From: Eledone cirrhosa | Taxonomy: Eukaryota | DNA: 64,000 nucleotides | Direction of reading: 5' to 3' | NCBI GenBank assembly: GCA_964016885.1 | Contig: OZ024762.1 | Coordinates: forward strand, 25,730,001-25,794,000 | Shown: positions 61,901 to 64,000 of the stretch, piece by piece | Numbering within the stretch: position 1 is the stretch's first letter | Layout of the letters: each line of letters begins with the position of its first letter | The notes under the pieces: generated by a model | The model's input: the letters and a program-made list of their open reading frames with translations, nothing else | Told to the model about the DNA's origin: nothing | The model's database searches: none | Made by a program: the position numbers and the translations under genes

Positions 61901-64000
61901 AGTGGCTGTGATGGGGTGGTGGTAGTGTTAGTGGCTGTGATGTGGTGGTGGTAGTGTTAGTGGCTGTGATGTGGTGGTGGTAGTGTTAGTGGCTGTGATG
62001 TGGTGGTGGTGGTGTTAGTGACTGTGATGGGGTGGTGGTAGTGTTAGTGGCTGTGATGTGGTGGTGGTGGTGTTAGTGACTGTGATGTGGTGGTGGTAGT
62101 GTTAGTGACTGTGATGTGGTGGTGGTGTTAGTGGCTGTGATGTGGTGGTGGTGTTAGTGACTGTGATGTGGTGGTGGTGGTGTTAGTGACTGTGATGGGG
62201 TGGTGGTAGTGTTAGTGGCTGTGATGGGGTGGTGGTAGTGTTAGTGACTGTGATGTGGTGGTGGTAGTGTTAGTGGCTGTGATGTGGTGGTGGTAGTGTT
62301 AGTGGCTGTGATGGGGTGGTGGTAGTGTTAGTGGCTGTGATGGGGTGGTGGTAGTGTTAGTGGCTGTGATGTGGTGGTGGTGGTGTTAGTGGCTGTGATG
62401 TGGTGGTGGTAGTGTTAGTGGCTGTGATGTGGTGGTGGTGGTGTTAGTGGCTGTGATGTGGTGGTGGTGGTGTTAGTGGCTGTGATGTGCTGGTGGTAGT
62501 GTTAGTGGCTGTGATGTGGTGGTGGTGGTGTTAGTGGCTGTGATGTGGTGGTGGTGGTGGTGTTAGTGGCTGTGATGTGGTGGTAGTGTTAGTGGCTGTG
62601 ATGTGGTGGTGGTGGTGTTCATGGCTGTGATGTGGTGGTGGTGGTGTTAGTGGCTGTGATGTGGTGGTGGTAGTGTTAGTGGCTGTGATGTGGTGGTGGT
62701 AGTGTTAGTGGCTGTGATGTGGTGGTGGTGGTGGTGGTGTTAGTGGCTGTGATGTGGTGGTGGTAGTGTTAGTGGCTGTGATGTGGTGGTGGTAGTGTTA
62801 GTGGATGTGATGTGGTGGTGGTGGTGTTAGTGACTGTGATGGGGTGGTGGTAGTGTTAGTGGCTGTGATGTGGTGGTGGTAGTGTTAGTGGCTGTGATGT
62901 GGTGGTGGTAGTGTTAGTGGCTGTGATGTGGTGGTGGTAGTGTTAGTGGCTGTGATGTGGTGGTGGTGGTGTTAGTGACTGTGATGGGGTGGTGGTAGTG
63001 TTAGTGGCTGTGATGTGGTGGTAGTGTTAGTGGCTGTGATGTGGTGGTGGTAGTGTTAGTGGCTGTGATGTGGTGGTGGTAGTGTTAGTGGCTGTGATGT
63101 GGTGGTGGTAGTGTTAGTGGCTGTGATGTGGTGGTGGTGGTGTTAGTGACTGTGATGGGGTGGTGGTAGTGTTAGTGGCTGTGATGTGGTGGTAGTGTTA
63201 GTGGCTGTGATGTGGTGGTGGTGGTGTTAGTGACTGTGATGGGGTGGTGGTAGTGTTAGTGGCTGTGATGTGGTGGTGGTGGTGTTAGTGACTGTGATGT
63301 GGTGGTGGTGTTAGTGACTGTGATGTGGTGGTGGTAGTGTTAGTGACTGTGATGTGGTGGTGGTGTTAGTGGCTGTGATGTGGTGGTGGTGTTAGTGACT
63401 GTGATGTGGTGGTGGTGGTGTTAGTGACTGTGATGGGGTGGTGGTAGTGTTAGTGGCTGTGATGTGGTGGTGGTGGTGTTAGTGGCTGTGATGTGGTGGT
63501 GGTGTTAGTGACTGTGATGGGGTGGTGGTAGTGTTAGTGGCTGTGATGTGGTGGTGGTGGTGTTAGTGACTGTGATGGGGTGGTGGTAGTGTTAGTGGCT
63601 GTGATGTGGTGGTGGTGGTGTTAGTGGCTGTGATGTGGTGGTGGTGGTGTTAGTGACTGTGATGTGGTGGTGGTAGTGTTAGTGGCTGTGATGTGGTGGT
63701 GGTAGTGTTAGTGGCTGTGATGTGGTGGTGGTAGTGTTAGTGACTGTGATGGGGTGGTGGTAGTGTTAGTGGCTGTGATGTGGTGGTGGTAGTGTTAGTG
63801 GCTGTGATGTGGTGGTGGTGGTGTTAGTGACTGTGATGTGGTGGTGGTAGTGTTAGTGGCTGTGATGTGGTGGTGGTAGTGTTAGTGACTGTGATGGGGT
63901 GGTGGTAGTGTTAGTGGCTGTGATGTGGTGGTGGTAGTGTTAGTGGCTGTGATGTGGTGGTGGTGGTGTTAGTGACTGTGATGTGGTGGTGGTGGTGTTA
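46985..64000. repeat. >17-kb minisatellite, modal 29-bp unit TTAGTGGCTGTGATG(TGG)4TG with 3-nt length variants
   Basis: Unit spacing e.g. 47225 to 47254; continues to the window end. Confidence 0.98.

Noticed and set aside
46985-64000. CRISPR array, telomere or mucin-like coding repeat
   Set aside because: No unique spacers; TTAGTGG is not TTAGGG and is embedded in a longer unit; the 29-nt period shifts frame and meets a stop within about three units on either strand.

Overview
Eukaryotic, gene-free, repeat-saturated window. The SINE family, LINE tails and very long (TA)n fields suggest an octopod cephalopod (inference). Bases 1-46 kb are (TA)n/(TATG)n/(CA)n microsatellite fields interrupted by many mobile-element insertions: an intact-ORF Penelope-like element (RT + GIY-YIG, Naiad-like, with a long Asn-rich insert), a 5'-clipped APE-RT LINE, a second decayed LINE, RTE/Tx1/R4-like fragments, an RTE-derived bipartite element, tRNA-derived SINEs and a mariner-type MITE. 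Two local duplications and a 200-N gap also occur here. Bases ~47-64 kb are one GT-rich ~29-bp minisatellite with higher-order duplications. The main signal missing from the ORF track is a dense set of hammerhead-ribozyme (HHR) motifs from about 10 different sequence families. Many sit in short non-coding fold-back (palindromic) inserts whose 3' ends point outward into (TA)n, and some share their terminal sequence with the 3' end of the Penelope element. One family consistently carries a CAGAAGA core variant, and one motif is a fully canonical type I HHR. All structures were folded by eye; none of the ribozymes has been tested.
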